A DNA stretch of 64,000 nt from Methanothrix sp. (GTDB lineage Archaea; Halobacteriota; Methanosarcinia; Methanotrichales; Methanotrichaceae), in contig OY821645.1 of assembly GCA_963682135.1 (NCBI GenBank), positions 2,592,001 to 2,656,000 on the forward strand, in the 5' to 3' direction. The stretch's first letter is position 1. Every line of letters begins with the position of its first letter. Shown piece by piece: positions 27,901-36,461 of the stretch. The notes below the pieces were generated by a model. That model was not told where the DNA came from. It saw only the letters and a list, made by a program, of their open reading frames with translations, and made no database searches. The position numbers and the translations under genes are program-made.

Positions 27901-28283
27901 ACCTGGATCTCAATGAAAACGACAGGGCCATCGAATACTGCACCCAGTCGCTGGACATCGTTCGTAAGATCGAATACAAGAAATTCGAGGGCGAAGCGTT
28001 AAACACTCTGAGCAAAGCCTACTCAGCCCTCGGCCAGATCGATAAGGCGCTCGATCACAGTGATCAAGCCCTGAAAATCTTCAAAGATATCGAATATCGT
28101 CGCGGGGAAGCTGATGCCCTCTTCGCCAAGAGCTTGGCTCTGCAAAAACTCAGCCAGCAGAAGGAAGCCGCAGCTCTCGCAAATGAAGCCCTCCAGATCT
28201 TCGTGCAAATCGAAAGCTCCCTCCAAGCCGAAAAGGTCCGCCAGAAACTGGCCGAATGGGACTGCAGCCCGCAGGAGAATTAG
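24981..28283 (+). CDS. Calcineurin-like metallophosphoesterase-NB-ARC (STAND)-TPR protein
   Basis: LSDWH, SGD, PGNHD, HH and HGHAH phosphoesterase motifs; FKGRE, GMGGVGKT, LLLLDNA, GRLPLAL and LHDL NB-ARC motifs; about 8-10 TPRs (LGNLGxAYxxLGE). Confidence 0.92.
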   Translation: MTGLTWLHLSDWHQAERKFNRKVVCDALIKDIKAREKINPHLSKIDFIIFSGDAAKSGQPDEYTKATEDLFNPLLEACQLGKDRLFIVPGNHDLDRDLIPAALSKPLTSNEEVEPWWSEDKKRVQLSQPFQAFNRFLTDCTGQKPPEYCSVGSFEIDGRKIDLLGINSAWMCARHKDEAGEFSDQGYLCIGESQIYDSLENISDSDIKIAVIHHPLDWLAPFDSSRNEVHLKRKCNFILHGHAHKPGASAVRDNFGYYITIPAGACYDRSMSANSDYTYSYNYVHLDFDTDKGIVFPRRWSDLNRVWRKDDETFSTTNGEFRFSISGSEKAPIPHQIPPPPRDFKGREDEICDILSNFEKGATITGLRGMGGVGKTALALVLADKLKSQSPDGQIFVDMRGTSNNPDLPPMVPEDAMAQIIRAYNPADRLPRNANELRDLFFSILDGKRVLLLLDNAADNGQVEPLLPPVGCTVLITSRIKFALPGLAEKDLDILPLDKACELLLHIAPRIGNWAEELAKLCGRLPLALRNAGSALAKKRDLSVPEYQKRLKDKMERLKLVEGSFSLSYDLLTPGRKKQWRRLSVFPEDFDRNAATAVLKMAPEPSAEALSDLVRWSLVDYIEAPDSEEGRYKLHDLARLFAESCLKGDELADAQQKHAMYYSKVLYKSEKFYQKGGTNVLVGLKLFDSEWANIKVGQAWVKEKIQGLNKLNESDLKSVSQLARSYAGAGGNVLDLRLHQRDKIGWLETGLKAARIMRDQGNEGVHLGNLGLAYIYLGETRKSIEYLERALNISRKVGNRSGECVHLGNLGHAYVGLGETGKAVEYYNKALAISQEIGDRRNKGLVLGALGSAYYALGETRKAIVYFEKALGITKEIGDIENKGVWLGNLGNAYADLGETRKAIEYHEQALAIDREIGDRRGEGADLGNLGLAYADLGETCKAIEYHEQALAITREIEDKQNEGEFLCNLGKAYLDLNENDRAIEYCTQSLDIVRKIEYKKFEGEALNTLSKAYSALGQIDKALDHSDQALKIFKDIEYRRGEADALFAKSLALQKLSQQKEAAALANEALQIFVQIESSLQAEKVRQKLAEWDCSPQEN

Positions 28284-28284
28284 C

Positions 28285-29022
28285 ATGCAAATCATATTTC
28301 TGGGCACCAACGGCTGGTACGACAGCCCCACCGGCAACACCATCTGTACCCTCATCAACTCCGAGAAGTACCACATCATCCTGGACGCCGGAAACGGCCT
28401 TTACAAAGCGGACCGCTACATCAAGGACGACCTGCCAGTCTACCTCTTCCTCAGCCACTTCCACCTCGACCACATCGAGGGCTTGCACATCCTCAGCAAG
28501 TTCCGCTTCCCGAGCCTCGTCATCTTCGGCCAGAAGGGCACCAAAGCGGCGCTGCATACCATTGTGAGCGAGCCCTTCACCGTTCCTCTGGAGAAGCTGC
28601 CCTTCCCGGTGGAGGTGCGCGAGCTCTCGCCCGGTCCCTACAAGCTGCCTTTCGCCCTGGACTGCCGCTTCCTGGTGCACGCCTCGCCCTGCCTGGGCTA
28701 CCGTTTCGATCTGGACGGCAAGACCATCACCTACTGCCCGGACACCGGCGTCTGCGAGAATGCCGTGCTCCTGGCGGCTGACGCCGACCTGCTGATAGCG
28801 GAGTGCGCCCACCTGCCGGGCGAGGAGAACCCGGTCTGGCCCCACCTCAATCCGGCGGCTGCCGCAGCCATCGCCCGGCGAGCGAAAGCGGCGCGCCTCG
28901 CCCTCACACACTTCGATGCGGGAAGGTACACCAGCCTGGAGATGCGCCGCGAGGCTGTGGCCACGGTCCTGGATTTTCCAGGGATCGTAGTAGGAGAGGA
29001 TGATCTGGTGGTGCAGCTTTAA
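28285..29022 (+). CDS. RNase Z-like MBL-fold metallohydrolase
   Basis: FLGT, LDAG, SHFHLDH, DTG, HLN and LTHF; ATG 1 nt after the STAND gene stop. Confidence 0.88.
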   Translation: MQIIFLGTNGWYDSPTGNTICTLINSEKYHIILDAGNGLYKADRYIKDDLPVYLFLSHFHLDHIEGLHILSKFRFPSLVIFGQKGTKAALHTIVSEPFTVPLEKLPFPVEVRELSPGPYKLPFALDCRFLVHASPCLGYRFDLDGKTITYCPDTGVCENAVLLAADADLLIAECAHLPGEENPVWPHLNPAAAAAIARRAKAARLALTHFDAGRYTSLEMRREAVATVLDFPGIVVGEDDLVVQL

Positions 29023-29061
29023 CGCTGCGAGGCCGAAATAAACCAAACGGATTCGGATAAA

Positions 29062-29226
29062 TCTCACGCGAAGCCTTGATTGGCGCAAAGAACGGTCAGC
29101 TGTTTGCAGAGGCAAGGCACATTGTCCCCTCATAATCATGGCTTTAATCAGGCCTGGCTGTACTGGCATTGCAGGCCAAAAAAAACATGATTCCAGACTT
29201 CACGGCTTCGCGCCTTCGCGTGAAAA
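29062..29226. repeat. Second REP-like inverted pair (CGCGAAG units)
   Basis: TCTCACGCGAAG at 29062 and ACTTCACGGCTTCGCGCCTTCGCGTGAAAA at 29197-29226. Confidence 0.7.
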
Positions 29227-29312
29227 TGCTTTTCGGAAGTTGGAACGACGAATGTCGAACCGACTTTTCGGCTCACAAAGCTTATGGCCTTGGAAAAACG
29301 ACAGGACCATCC

Positions 29313-29885
29313 ATGACAATGAAAAACATAAGCTGCTTACTATTCATATCCCTGGTGCTGGCGGCAAGCGCCGGCTGCCTGGCGAAAGATCCAGGAGCAT
29401 CTGCATCAGTATCCGCATCAAATCCGGCCATCCCAACGGCGAATCTGCCGGAGGGCTTCAAGCTGCTGGCGGCTTTGCCTGGAGAGAACAGCAACCTCAA
29501 TATGACTGATTACATCACGGATTTCTACGGACCCGTGAATATCGGCCCGGCCAATACCTCTGTGGGTATATATCAGTGGACCGATCCAGGCCAAGGCTAT
29601 GATGCCAAGATCACTCTCATCCAGCTCTCCGATGAGGAGCATGCTAGGGCCGCCGTCTCCAACTTCAAATCCCAGAAGACATACCAGGATCAATTGGCCC
29701 GCAAGTTGCCCATATTCGGCAATGCCACAGTCAACGGCCATGATGCTCTGGAGATCAAGGACATCCGGGGCGATAACAGCATCAGATATCTCTACCTCTG
29801 GAATACGGGAAGCATCGTGGCTCTTGTTGAGGGCAACAACGACAGAAACCTGAGCATTGAGCTGGCCGACGCCTCAGGGCTCTGA
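29313..29885 (+). CDS. Putative lipoprotein
   Basis: MTMKNISCLLFISLVLAASAGC lipobox-like signal. Confidence 0.75.
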   Translation: MTMKNISCLLFISLVLAASAGCLAKDPGASASVSASNPAIPTANLPEGFKLLAALPGENSNLNMTDYITDFYGPVNIGPANTSVGIYQWTDPGQGYDAKITLIQLSDEEHARAAVSNFKSQKTYQDQLARKLPIFGNATVNGHDALEIKDIRGDNSIRYLYLWNTGSIVALVEGNNDRNLSIELADASGL

Positions 29886-29901
29886 AGGCTCCCCTATTTT
29901 T

Positions 29902-30606
29902 ATGAAGCCGCAATTTGAGATAGAGGTAATAAAGACCGAGCAAATCGGTGCGTCATCCCGGTCAATTCAATTTATCCGGCCTCTTGGATTTGATTACCTT
30001 CCCGGCCAGTTCATAATTTTGAATCTTAAGGGCCCAGAGGGCGGAATCGCGAAGCCTCTCAGCCTCTCCAGCAGCCCTACCGAGGACTTTCTGCAGGTCA
30101 CCAAACGGCTGACCGGTCATGAGTTCTCCAATGCCCTTCTTTCCCTAAAAAATGGAGATACCATCAGTTTTTCCGGCCCCTATGGCAGCTTCACTTTTCA
30201 CGGGGAGTACGAGAAGATCGCCATGCTCTCCGGGGGAATAGGCATAACGCCTCTGCGAAGCATGATCAAATACTGCACCGACAGGGGCCTTGCGACTGAT
30301 ATCTTCCTGTTTTATTCCAACCGGCAGGAGGATGACATTCCCTTTAATGATGAATTCCAGGCTCTCACTGCGAAAAATCAGAGGTTTACTATCATTAATA
30401 CCCTGACCCGACCGGGTCCTTCCTGGAAAGGCCGGGTCGGCAGAATCGATGCCAATCTGATCAGGCAAATGCTCGCCGATTATTCAAATCGTGTATTCTA
30501 CACCAGTGGCCCTAAAAGAATGGTCGATTCCATGCAACTTATTCTCGATGAGATGAATATCCCTGTGAGTCAGACTCGCAAGGAGTATTTCCCGGGATAT
30601 GATTGA
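29902..30606 (+). CDS. Ferredoxin-NADP reductase-like FAD/NAD(P) oxidoreductase
   Basis: PGQF, SLSSSP, GPYGSF, GGIGITP, YTSGP. Confidence 0.9.
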   Translation: MKPQFEIEVIKTEQIGASSRSIQFIRPLGFDYLPGQFIILNLKGPEGGIAKPLSLSSSPTEDFLQVTKRLTGHEFSNALLSLKNGDTISFSGPYGSFTFHGEYEKIAMLSGGIGITPLRSMIKYCTDRGLATDIFLFYSNRQEDDIPFNDEFQALTAKNQRFTIINTLTRPGPSWKGRVGRIDANLIRQMLADYSNRVFYTSGPKRMVDSMQLILDEMNIPVSQTRKEYFPGYD

Positions 30607-30632
30607 TCCTGTGTATTAATGATAAAAAGATA

Positions 30633-30887
30633 TCACTCCTCGCTGGAAGGCATATCAACCACTTGCCAGTGCTTTCCGCGGATAGGAGCATTCCTTAATG
30701 CCTCTTCAATCTGCTCATTTGCCAGTCCATCCAGCCAATCGGCAAGTCTCTTGCCGGGGTTATGTCCGGTCCAATATGATTGCAGCCTGATATGCTGGTC
30801 GCACATATGATTGAGGCTTAAGCCACGTTGGCATAGAGAGCCGCGGCACGGTCCATGACCCTTAAGGTCGCACTCTGGGGTTTTCAT
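30633..30887 (-). CDS. Small Cys/His-containing hypothetical protein
   Basis: 84-aa ORF with AGGAG RBS directly downstream of mch. Confidence 0.6.
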   Translation of the reverse strand: MKTPECDLKGHGPCRGSLCQRGLSLNHMCDQHIRLQSYWTGHNPGKRLADWLDGLANEQIEEALRNAPIRGKHWQVVDMPSSEE

Positions 30888-30921
30888 TTCATCTCCTTGG
30901 ATGTTTGTCGAGCTTATCTAG

Positions 30922-31878
30922 CTATTGCAGATTGAAGGACTCTGCCAACACGTCCTTATTTACCTTACCGCTTACAAAGGTTCGTCTCGACAGGATTTCG
31001 TTCATGACAACTTTGGCCGGGGCAAAGACGTTGTGGTCCACCTTGAAGAAATCAAATCCCGCAGCTTTGAAGGTCTTGTAGAAGGGTGTCCCCCAATCAC
31101 GAGAGGCCGAAGAAGGCATGCCTCTGAGATATTGTTGCAGCTCCTCCAGGTTCTCGTACTCCAGTGTGTAGTAAGTCTCCCCGCCGTAAATTATGGCATC
31201 GTTGGAGGAGCCCATGCACATAGTAGCGTCGCCGGTGATGGGCGAGATTGGTGCCCGGCCCCAGCCGCACTTGATGGTGTTAATGTCAAATCCCATGGTA
31301 AAGAGTTTATGTATGCCCGTCTCGACCACGCGCGCCGAGACCTGCACCAGCCCGGCAACGCTGTCCGTGGGCGCAACGGCAATTCTCAGGTCAGCCGGAT
31401 CGATGCCGCACTTTTCCGAAATGAGGGCGGAGACCGTTTCATTGGGCAGCTTGTTTGACTCCAAAACGATGACTGCTACATCAGAGGACTCTTCAAAGCA
31501 TATCTTATCGTAGAGGTCACGGGTCTTTCTGGCCAGGACGCGCGCCGGACCGCTGCCCATAGCGAAGTACTTGTCCGCCTTGATCTGCCACATGGCGCAC
31601 TGGGAGGCCATGCAGGAGACGGCCGGATGGTCTGTCGCCACCTGAATGCCCGGCAGCAAAATGCCGTTGATATCAAAGGGCGTAAGCTGAATCTCCGCCA
31701 GATCAGCCATGCAGAGGCGAGATAGGTAGACGCCGGCACCATAGCCGCCATGAGCCTCTACGCCTGCATCAGCCACCACAGTACCGTTATCAAGTTCTTG
31801 AACTTTGATTTGCAGCTCGTCTGCATAATCGAGCATCTCCTCGAAGACCTCGAATCCCATTTCATTGATTCCCATCAA
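30922..31878 (-). CDS. mch: Methenyltetrahydromethanopterin cyclohydrolase
   Basis: DAGV, CMASQ, YFAMGSGPAR, VQVSARVVETG, FFKVD..FAPA. Confidence 0.93.
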   Translation of the reverse strand: MMGINEMGFEVFEEMLDYADELQIKVQELDNGTVVADAGVEAHGGYGAGVYLSRLCMADLAEIQLTPFDINGILLPGIQVATDHPAVSCMASQCAMWQIKADKYFAMGSGPARVLARKTRDLYDKICFEESSDVAVIVLESNKLPNETVSALISEKCGIDPADLRIAVAPTDSVAGLVQVSARVVETGIHKLFTMGFDINTIKCGWGRAPISPITGDATMCMGSSNDAIIYGGETYYTLEYENLEELQQYLRGMPSSASRDWGTPFYKTFKAAGFDFFKVDHNVFAPAKVVMNEILSRRTFVSGKVNKDVLAESFNLQ

Positions 31879-31942
31879 GCCTGATCACCTTTCCGCATTA
31901 AGAATGCAATCATCCTTAAAAGTCTATCGATATTGTCCCTGA

Positions 31943-32227
31943 CTAGCTGCCATTTTCCGCGGACAGTGCCTTCACCGGACAAGACCCCAGTGCGGTACAA
32001 TTCTCTTGCGTGGAGTTATTTTGAGCGTCTGTGGCCCCATTGGGGCAGGTGCAGTTTTCGCCGCAATTACCGCCACAATTTGCGCCGCAATTCCCACTAC
32101 AGCTTCCGTTTACCTGGCATGAGCCGCTCTCTCCCGAAAATGGACAGGAAATACTGGCACAGTTCAGGATCAGAGCTACTCCTGCCAGGAGCAGGACCAG
32201 TGCAACTATTGGATATTTATTCATCAT
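31943..32227 (-). CDS. Small exported Cys-rich protein
   Basis: N-terminal hydrophobic helix followed by CSGNCGANCGGNCGENCTC. Confidence 0.6.
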   Translation of the reverse strand: MMNKYPIVALVLLLAGVALILNCASISCPFSGESGSCQVNGSCSGNCGANCGGNCGENCTCPNGATDAQNNSTQENCTALGSCPVKALSAENGS

Positions 32228-32293
32228 TTGTTCCTCTTGTTTTGTCTCCAGCCTTATCCTATGAGGCAGATAGATTCGGCTTTCTCTATTTAT

Positions 32294-33612
32294 CTTGTTT
32301 GGGTACAGGGGTAGAGAAGACCCCAGACTTCAGGCTGGGGATGAATTGTACCCCTGTCAGGATTACTTTCGCTCTGCACTAATTGACTTAATATAGCATT
32401 GTGCGACCATATTAAGTTAATATGAAAACGGCCTACAAGTTCCGGCTATATCCAAACAGGCTACAAGAAGCACAATTGGCCTTAACGCTGGATACCTGCA
32501 GGCATCTTTGGAATAAAGCACTTGCTGATCGCAAAAATGCCTGGGAACGCGAAGGCATAACTCGATCTTACGAAGATCAGGCAGCTTTGCTGGTCTTTGA
32601 GAAACAGTCTAATCCATACCTCAATGCCGTCCATTCTCAGGTGGAACAGGATGTCTTGAGGAGGCTTCAGAAATCCTTTGATAACTTTTTTCGAAGAGTT
32701 CGTGAAGGGGCTCGAAAAAAAGGCTACCCCAGGTTCAAGTCCATTAACCGTTATAGCTCGGTTACTTATCCTCAATCTGGGTTCAAGCTTAACGGCTCTC
32801 GGCTGATACTCTCAAAAATTTCCGGTGGCATTAGAACCTTTGTGCATAGGCCGATTGTGGGCAGAATCAAAACCTGTTCCATCAAGCGAGATAAGACAAA
32901 TGCATGGTATGTCATATTTACGACCGAGATTGAGAATCCAACCAAGCTGAAGCCCAAGACCGCGATCGGTGTAGACCTTGGCATCACTCATGCAGCCGTA
33001 ACTTCGGACGGTCAGTACTTCGACTATCCAAAGTACCATGTCCAAGCTGAGAAGAAAAATCGGGCTGCCAATAAATCGTTGCACCGCAAGAAGCTAGGTT
33101 CCAATAACCGGAAGAAAGCCCAGACAAAGTTGGCCAGGATCGCAAAGAGGGTAACCAACCTTCGCGAGGAGTTCTTGCATCAGGTATCCAGGAAACTGGT
33201 AAACTCAGCTGACATAATAGCATTTGAAGATCTGAGCATCCAGAATATGCTTAAGAACCACTGTCTGGCAAAGCATATTCAAGATGTATCATGGGGAAAG
33301 CTAATGCGCTTCACGGTGAGCAAGGCTGAAAGAGCTGGCAAAATCGTGGTATTGGTTAATCCCTATAACACTAGCCAAAGATGTTCCGCATGTGGTGAGA
33401 TCGTGCCCAAGAAGCTGAAAGATAGGGTGCATATCTGCTCTCGGTGTGGTCTAATAATTTGCAGAGATCTCAATGCAAGCATGGGAATCAGAACCCTCGG
33501 ACTGAGGGGGATAGCCTGTGGAGAATCGACCTCCGGCTTTGGCCTATGTCCAAAGTAAGCGCCGGTTCGTCGAAGCAGGAAGCCCCATCCTTTAGGGTGG
33601 GGAAGAAGTCAC
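32294..33612 (+). mobile_element. IS200/IS605-family tnpB-only element (IS1341-like); left boundary approximate
   Basis: Left hairpin CCCCAGACTTCAGGCTGGGG (32321-32340); right hairpin GAAG-CCCCATCCTTTAGGGTGGGG followed by TCAC ending at 33612; no tnpA. Confidence 0.85.
32422..33558 (+). CDS. tnpB: RNA-guided endonuclease TnpB
   Basis: KTAYKFRLYP N-terminus, GYPRFK, RuvC residues VDLG/FEDL/RDLNA, zinc finger TSQRCSACG...CSRCG. Confidence 0.95.
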   Translation: MKTAYKFRLYPNRLQEAQLALTLDTCRHLWNKALADRKNAWEREGITRSYEDQAALLVFEKQSNPYLNAVHSQVEQDVLRRLQKSFDNFFRRVREGARKKGYPRFKSINRYSSVTYPQSGFKLNGSRLILSKISGGIRTFVHRPIVGRIKTCSIKRDKTNAWYVIFTTEIENPTKLKPKTAIGVDLGITHAAVTSDGQYFDYPKYHVQAEKKNRAANKSLHRKKLGSNNRKKAQTKLARIAKRVTNLREEFLHQVSRKLVNSADIIAFEDLSIQNMLKNHCLAKHIQDVSWGKLMRFTVSKAERAGKIVVLVNPYNTSQRCSACGEIVPKKLKDRVHICSRCGLIICRDLNASMGIRTLGLRGIACGESTSGFGLCPK

Positions 33613-33696
33613 ATTTCATCGTGCAACCATGTAAACCAAAGCAAACTCAATTATTTATAGTGGTGTGCAAATTCATTTGCCATTCGAGGTGGAAGA

Positions 33697-35637
33697 ATGA
33701 TCAAGTTGGCAGAAGGATTTTTAATATCGCTCATGCTCATTGTCATTATGCTCTTGATTGGTGGTTTTGGCCTAGCCGCTTCTCCTGAAAACGAGACGAC
33801 AGGACTGAATGGAAGTGAAACAACTACCTCCTGGGATCTATCAAACTTATTTAAAGATCGGGAGGCGGCAACCGCTGAATTCGAAGCGCTGCAAAACAAG
33901 TCGCAAGAGATAAATGCGACATTTCGCCCCATGTTTAAAAACCTGACCGGAAAGGTTTTGCTGGAATACATTGAGGCGAATAAGAATTTCAGCCGGAGTT
34001 TAAGCGTCGTCATGGCCTATGCTTATGCCCAAAATAGCCTGAATGTCAATGACAAATTCTTCGAGAAATTCATCTCCGATGTGCAGAACCTGTACACGGA
34101 GCATGCCAAGGCCACCTCTTTTGCAGAAGTATTGCTCAAGTCGCTTTCTACTGCCGAATGGGACCGGCTGTTTTCACAGCAGCCTGCTCTGGAGAAGTAC
34201 AGAGCATACCTTGAGAACAGCTACCAGCGCTACAGCGATCACCGGCCCAGAAATGAGACGCATGCCGCCTATCTGGCTGATTTATCCAACCAGCTTATGA
34301 AGATCAATACCGAAGCGGAAAAGACGGTAACCAATAATGTTACCGTTGCGGGAAATATCACTCTGGAGGACGGAAGAGAGCTGGCCATAAACTCCGTAAC
34401 CTACTCGGAGCTTCTCTCTACGGACAGGAGCCGAAACAACCGAAAGATGGGCTACGACAAACGCTTCTACCATCTCATCAACGAATCGGACAGAATGGCT
34501 GAGATCTACTGCAATAAATCAAGATTAGACGACCAGCTCGCCCGGGAGCTGAACTACTCCGACTCATACGATGCCAAGATGTTCGAGACCTATCTCACGA
34601 AAGAGCAGGTAGAGACGATGAACCAGGTCTTCAAAGAACGCAAGGGCGACTTTGATGGCTATTACGAGTTTCGAAGGACGCGGATGAATCTGTCTCTGCT
34701 CAAGCCCTATGACCTGGCGCTTCAATTGATGAAAAACCCCGATAAGAAATACAGCTACGAGGAGACACTCTCCAACATATCAGCTTCTTATGCGGCAATG
34801 GACCCGGCCTTCCTGGACATATTTGCAAAGACTACAACAAGCGGATCAATGGATGTCTTCCCCAATCCGGATGGCGGAAAGCAGTCAGGAGGCTACTGCC
34901 AGGATATGTGTGCTCTGCAGCGTCCTGCTTTGATATTCATGAACTACAAGGGTTTGATGCAAGACCAAAAGACCCTCACTCATGAGATGGGTCATGCCAT
35001 CAACTTCTACCTGATGGGTAGTAATGTGGATTATCTTTATTGTACCGGCACAGAGTATGAGATGGAGATCCCCTCAACCTTCAATGAGGAGCTATTTGTG
35101 GATTATGCGCTGAAAAACTACGACCAGGATACAGCTCTGGCAATTTTAGCGCAAAGCGTCGGTGATTATGAGAACTACTTCACCTTCCAGCCCATGATCA
35201 CAGAGTTTGAGTGCAAGGCACACGAGCTTTGCCGCCAAAAGACAAATGTGAGCGGCAGCGAACTGTGCCGGCTCTGGACCGACTTATCCAAGGAGTACCG
35301 AAGCGGTTTGGTGGATTATTACCCGGAGGACAGTGCCCAGTGGACCTACATCAGCCACATCTATCTCACCAATAACTACTACACTTTCAGCTACGCCCTC
35401 TCCAAAGCCGTGACCTTATCTCTATTCAAGATGTACAAAGAAGATCCGGAAAAGTTCAATGAGAATTACATGGCCTATCTCTCCGCGGGAAGCAGCATGA
35501 CTCCGCCTGAGAAGCTCCAGAAATTCTTCGGAATTAAAATAGATCGAAAGCTATTCGAGGATGCCATGGATGTTGTGCAGATGAGGGTGCAGCAGCTCCA
35601 GGAGCTGGAGGGGAAGAGACTGGCAAGTTCCGCCTGA
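33697..35637 (+). CDS. Exported oligoendopeptidase F (M3B)
   Basis: Signal peptide, WDLSNLF, PYD, GKQSGGY, THEMGH, EIPSTFNE. Confidence 0.9.
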   Translation: MIKLAEGFLISLMLIVIMLLIGGFGLAASPENETTGLNGSETTTSWDLSNLFKDREAATAEFEALQNKSQEINATFRPMFKNLTGKVLLEYIEANKNFSRSLSVVMAYAYAQNSLNVNDKFFEKFISDVQNLYTEHAKATSFAEVLLKSLSTAEWDRLFSQQPALEKYRAYLENSYQRYSDHRPRNETHAAYLADLSNQLMKINTEAEKTVTNNVTVAGNITLEDGRELAINSVTYSELLSTDRSRNNRKMGYDKRFYHLINESDRMAEIYCNKSRLDDQLARELNYSDSYDAKMFETYLTKEQVETMNQVFKERKGDFDGYYEFRRTRMNLSLLKPYDLALQLMKNPDKKYSYEETLSNISASYAAMDPAFLDIFAKTTTSGSMDVFPNPDGGKQSGGYCQDMCALQRPALIFMNYKGLMQDQKTLTHEMGHAINFYLMGSNVDYLYCTGTEYEMEIPSTFNEELFVDYALKNYDQDTALAILAQSVGDYENYFTFQPMITEFECKAHELCRQKTNVSGSELCRLWTDLSKEYRSGLVDYYPEDSAQWTYISHIYLTNNYYTFSYALSKAVTLSLFKMYKEDPEKFNENYMAYLSAGSSMTPPEKLQKFFGIKIDRKLFEDAMDVVQMRVQQLQELEGKRLASSA

Positions 35638-35703
35638 AGACAGGGCGGGACTGTATTCTAATTACTATTTTCACCTTTTTCGGCCAAGTTCTGGGCTTGT
35701 TGG

Positions 35704-36300
35704 TTAGCGCTTTATTGCCGTGGCATTTCCGTCACCCATGAATTCGCCGCCAAGACTCAGGATATAAGTTCCCGACATATTATTAATTGAAGCATTATTT
35801 GCCGAGAAAAGGCTGATATCGTATCTATCAGAATTCTGGCCGGAGTATTCTGAGTCAGCCGATTGGACGGTCAATATGAGTTCCTCCCCGTCAAGAGATC
35901 CGCTGACAGTAACAGAATTCGTGGTGCTTCCTTTTGTCAGTGTTCCATAGCCCATGATTTTTGCTTTGCCTGAAGACCACAGGGTCAGATCAAGTGACCT
36001 GTCCGGTCGATCATCGAATTTTATCGACCATTTGCCGCTCAAATCATCTGATTTGGCCTGCATCGTTTGAGCCTGATCATCAATTTTGCTGGTTTGGTTT
36101 GCATTGCTATTCTGCTGCGCCTGTTTTGGCTCAGGCACATTCATGTTCGGACTTGTGATAATAGGCGCTGGCATATCCATGTTTGGAGCCTTAATGCTGG
36201 GCGCCGCGATATCACCCGCTTCAATAGCACATGCTTGAAAGGATATGCAAGAAAGCAATACTGTGAATAACAATGAGCTTGCTAATCTCATCTCAGCCAA
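35704..36300 (-). CDS. Secreted hypothetical protein
   Basis: Signal peptide, Pro-rich linker, LSGKWS beta-rich domain. Confidence 0.7.
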   Translation of the reverse strand: MAEMRLASSLLFTVLLSCISFQACAIEAGDIAAPSIKAPNMDMPAPIITSPNMNVPEPKQAQQNSNANQTSKIDDQAQTMQAKSDDLSGKWSIKFDDRPDRSLDLTLWSSGKAKIMGYGTLTKGSTTNSVTVSGSLDGEELILTVQSADSEYSGQNSDRYDISLFSANNASINNMSGTYILSLGGEFMGDGNATAIKR

Positions 36301-36461
36301 CCTCCACTATAATGTTGTTGCAGGCGGACAATTTTAATGTTATCCTTAATTATGTTTGCCACTCAATCAATCTGCCAGAATTTCCATTTGTCGTGGATCG
36401 CCTGACGCAAAAATAATAATACGAGTATGTCCGCATTATCCATGGTGATTTCTTCTTGAGC

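Noticed and set aside
28114-28284. Longer start for the MBL ORF, or fusion/readthrough with the STAND gene
   Set aside because: The extension overlaps TPR coding sequence in another frame; family-like sequence begins at ATG 28285, which is out of frame with the TAG
28150-29169. 339-aa minus-strand ORF
   Set aside because: Antisense shadow of a GC-rich gene with no motifs
30922-31878. mch as evidence of unusual hydrogenotrophy
   Set aside because: Genes of the H4MPT C1 branch are established in aceticlastic Methanothrix genomes
32422-33558. TnpB as Cas12f or a catalytically dead regulator
   Set aside because: There is no CRISPR array, both IS ends are present and the RuvC D-E-D residues are intact
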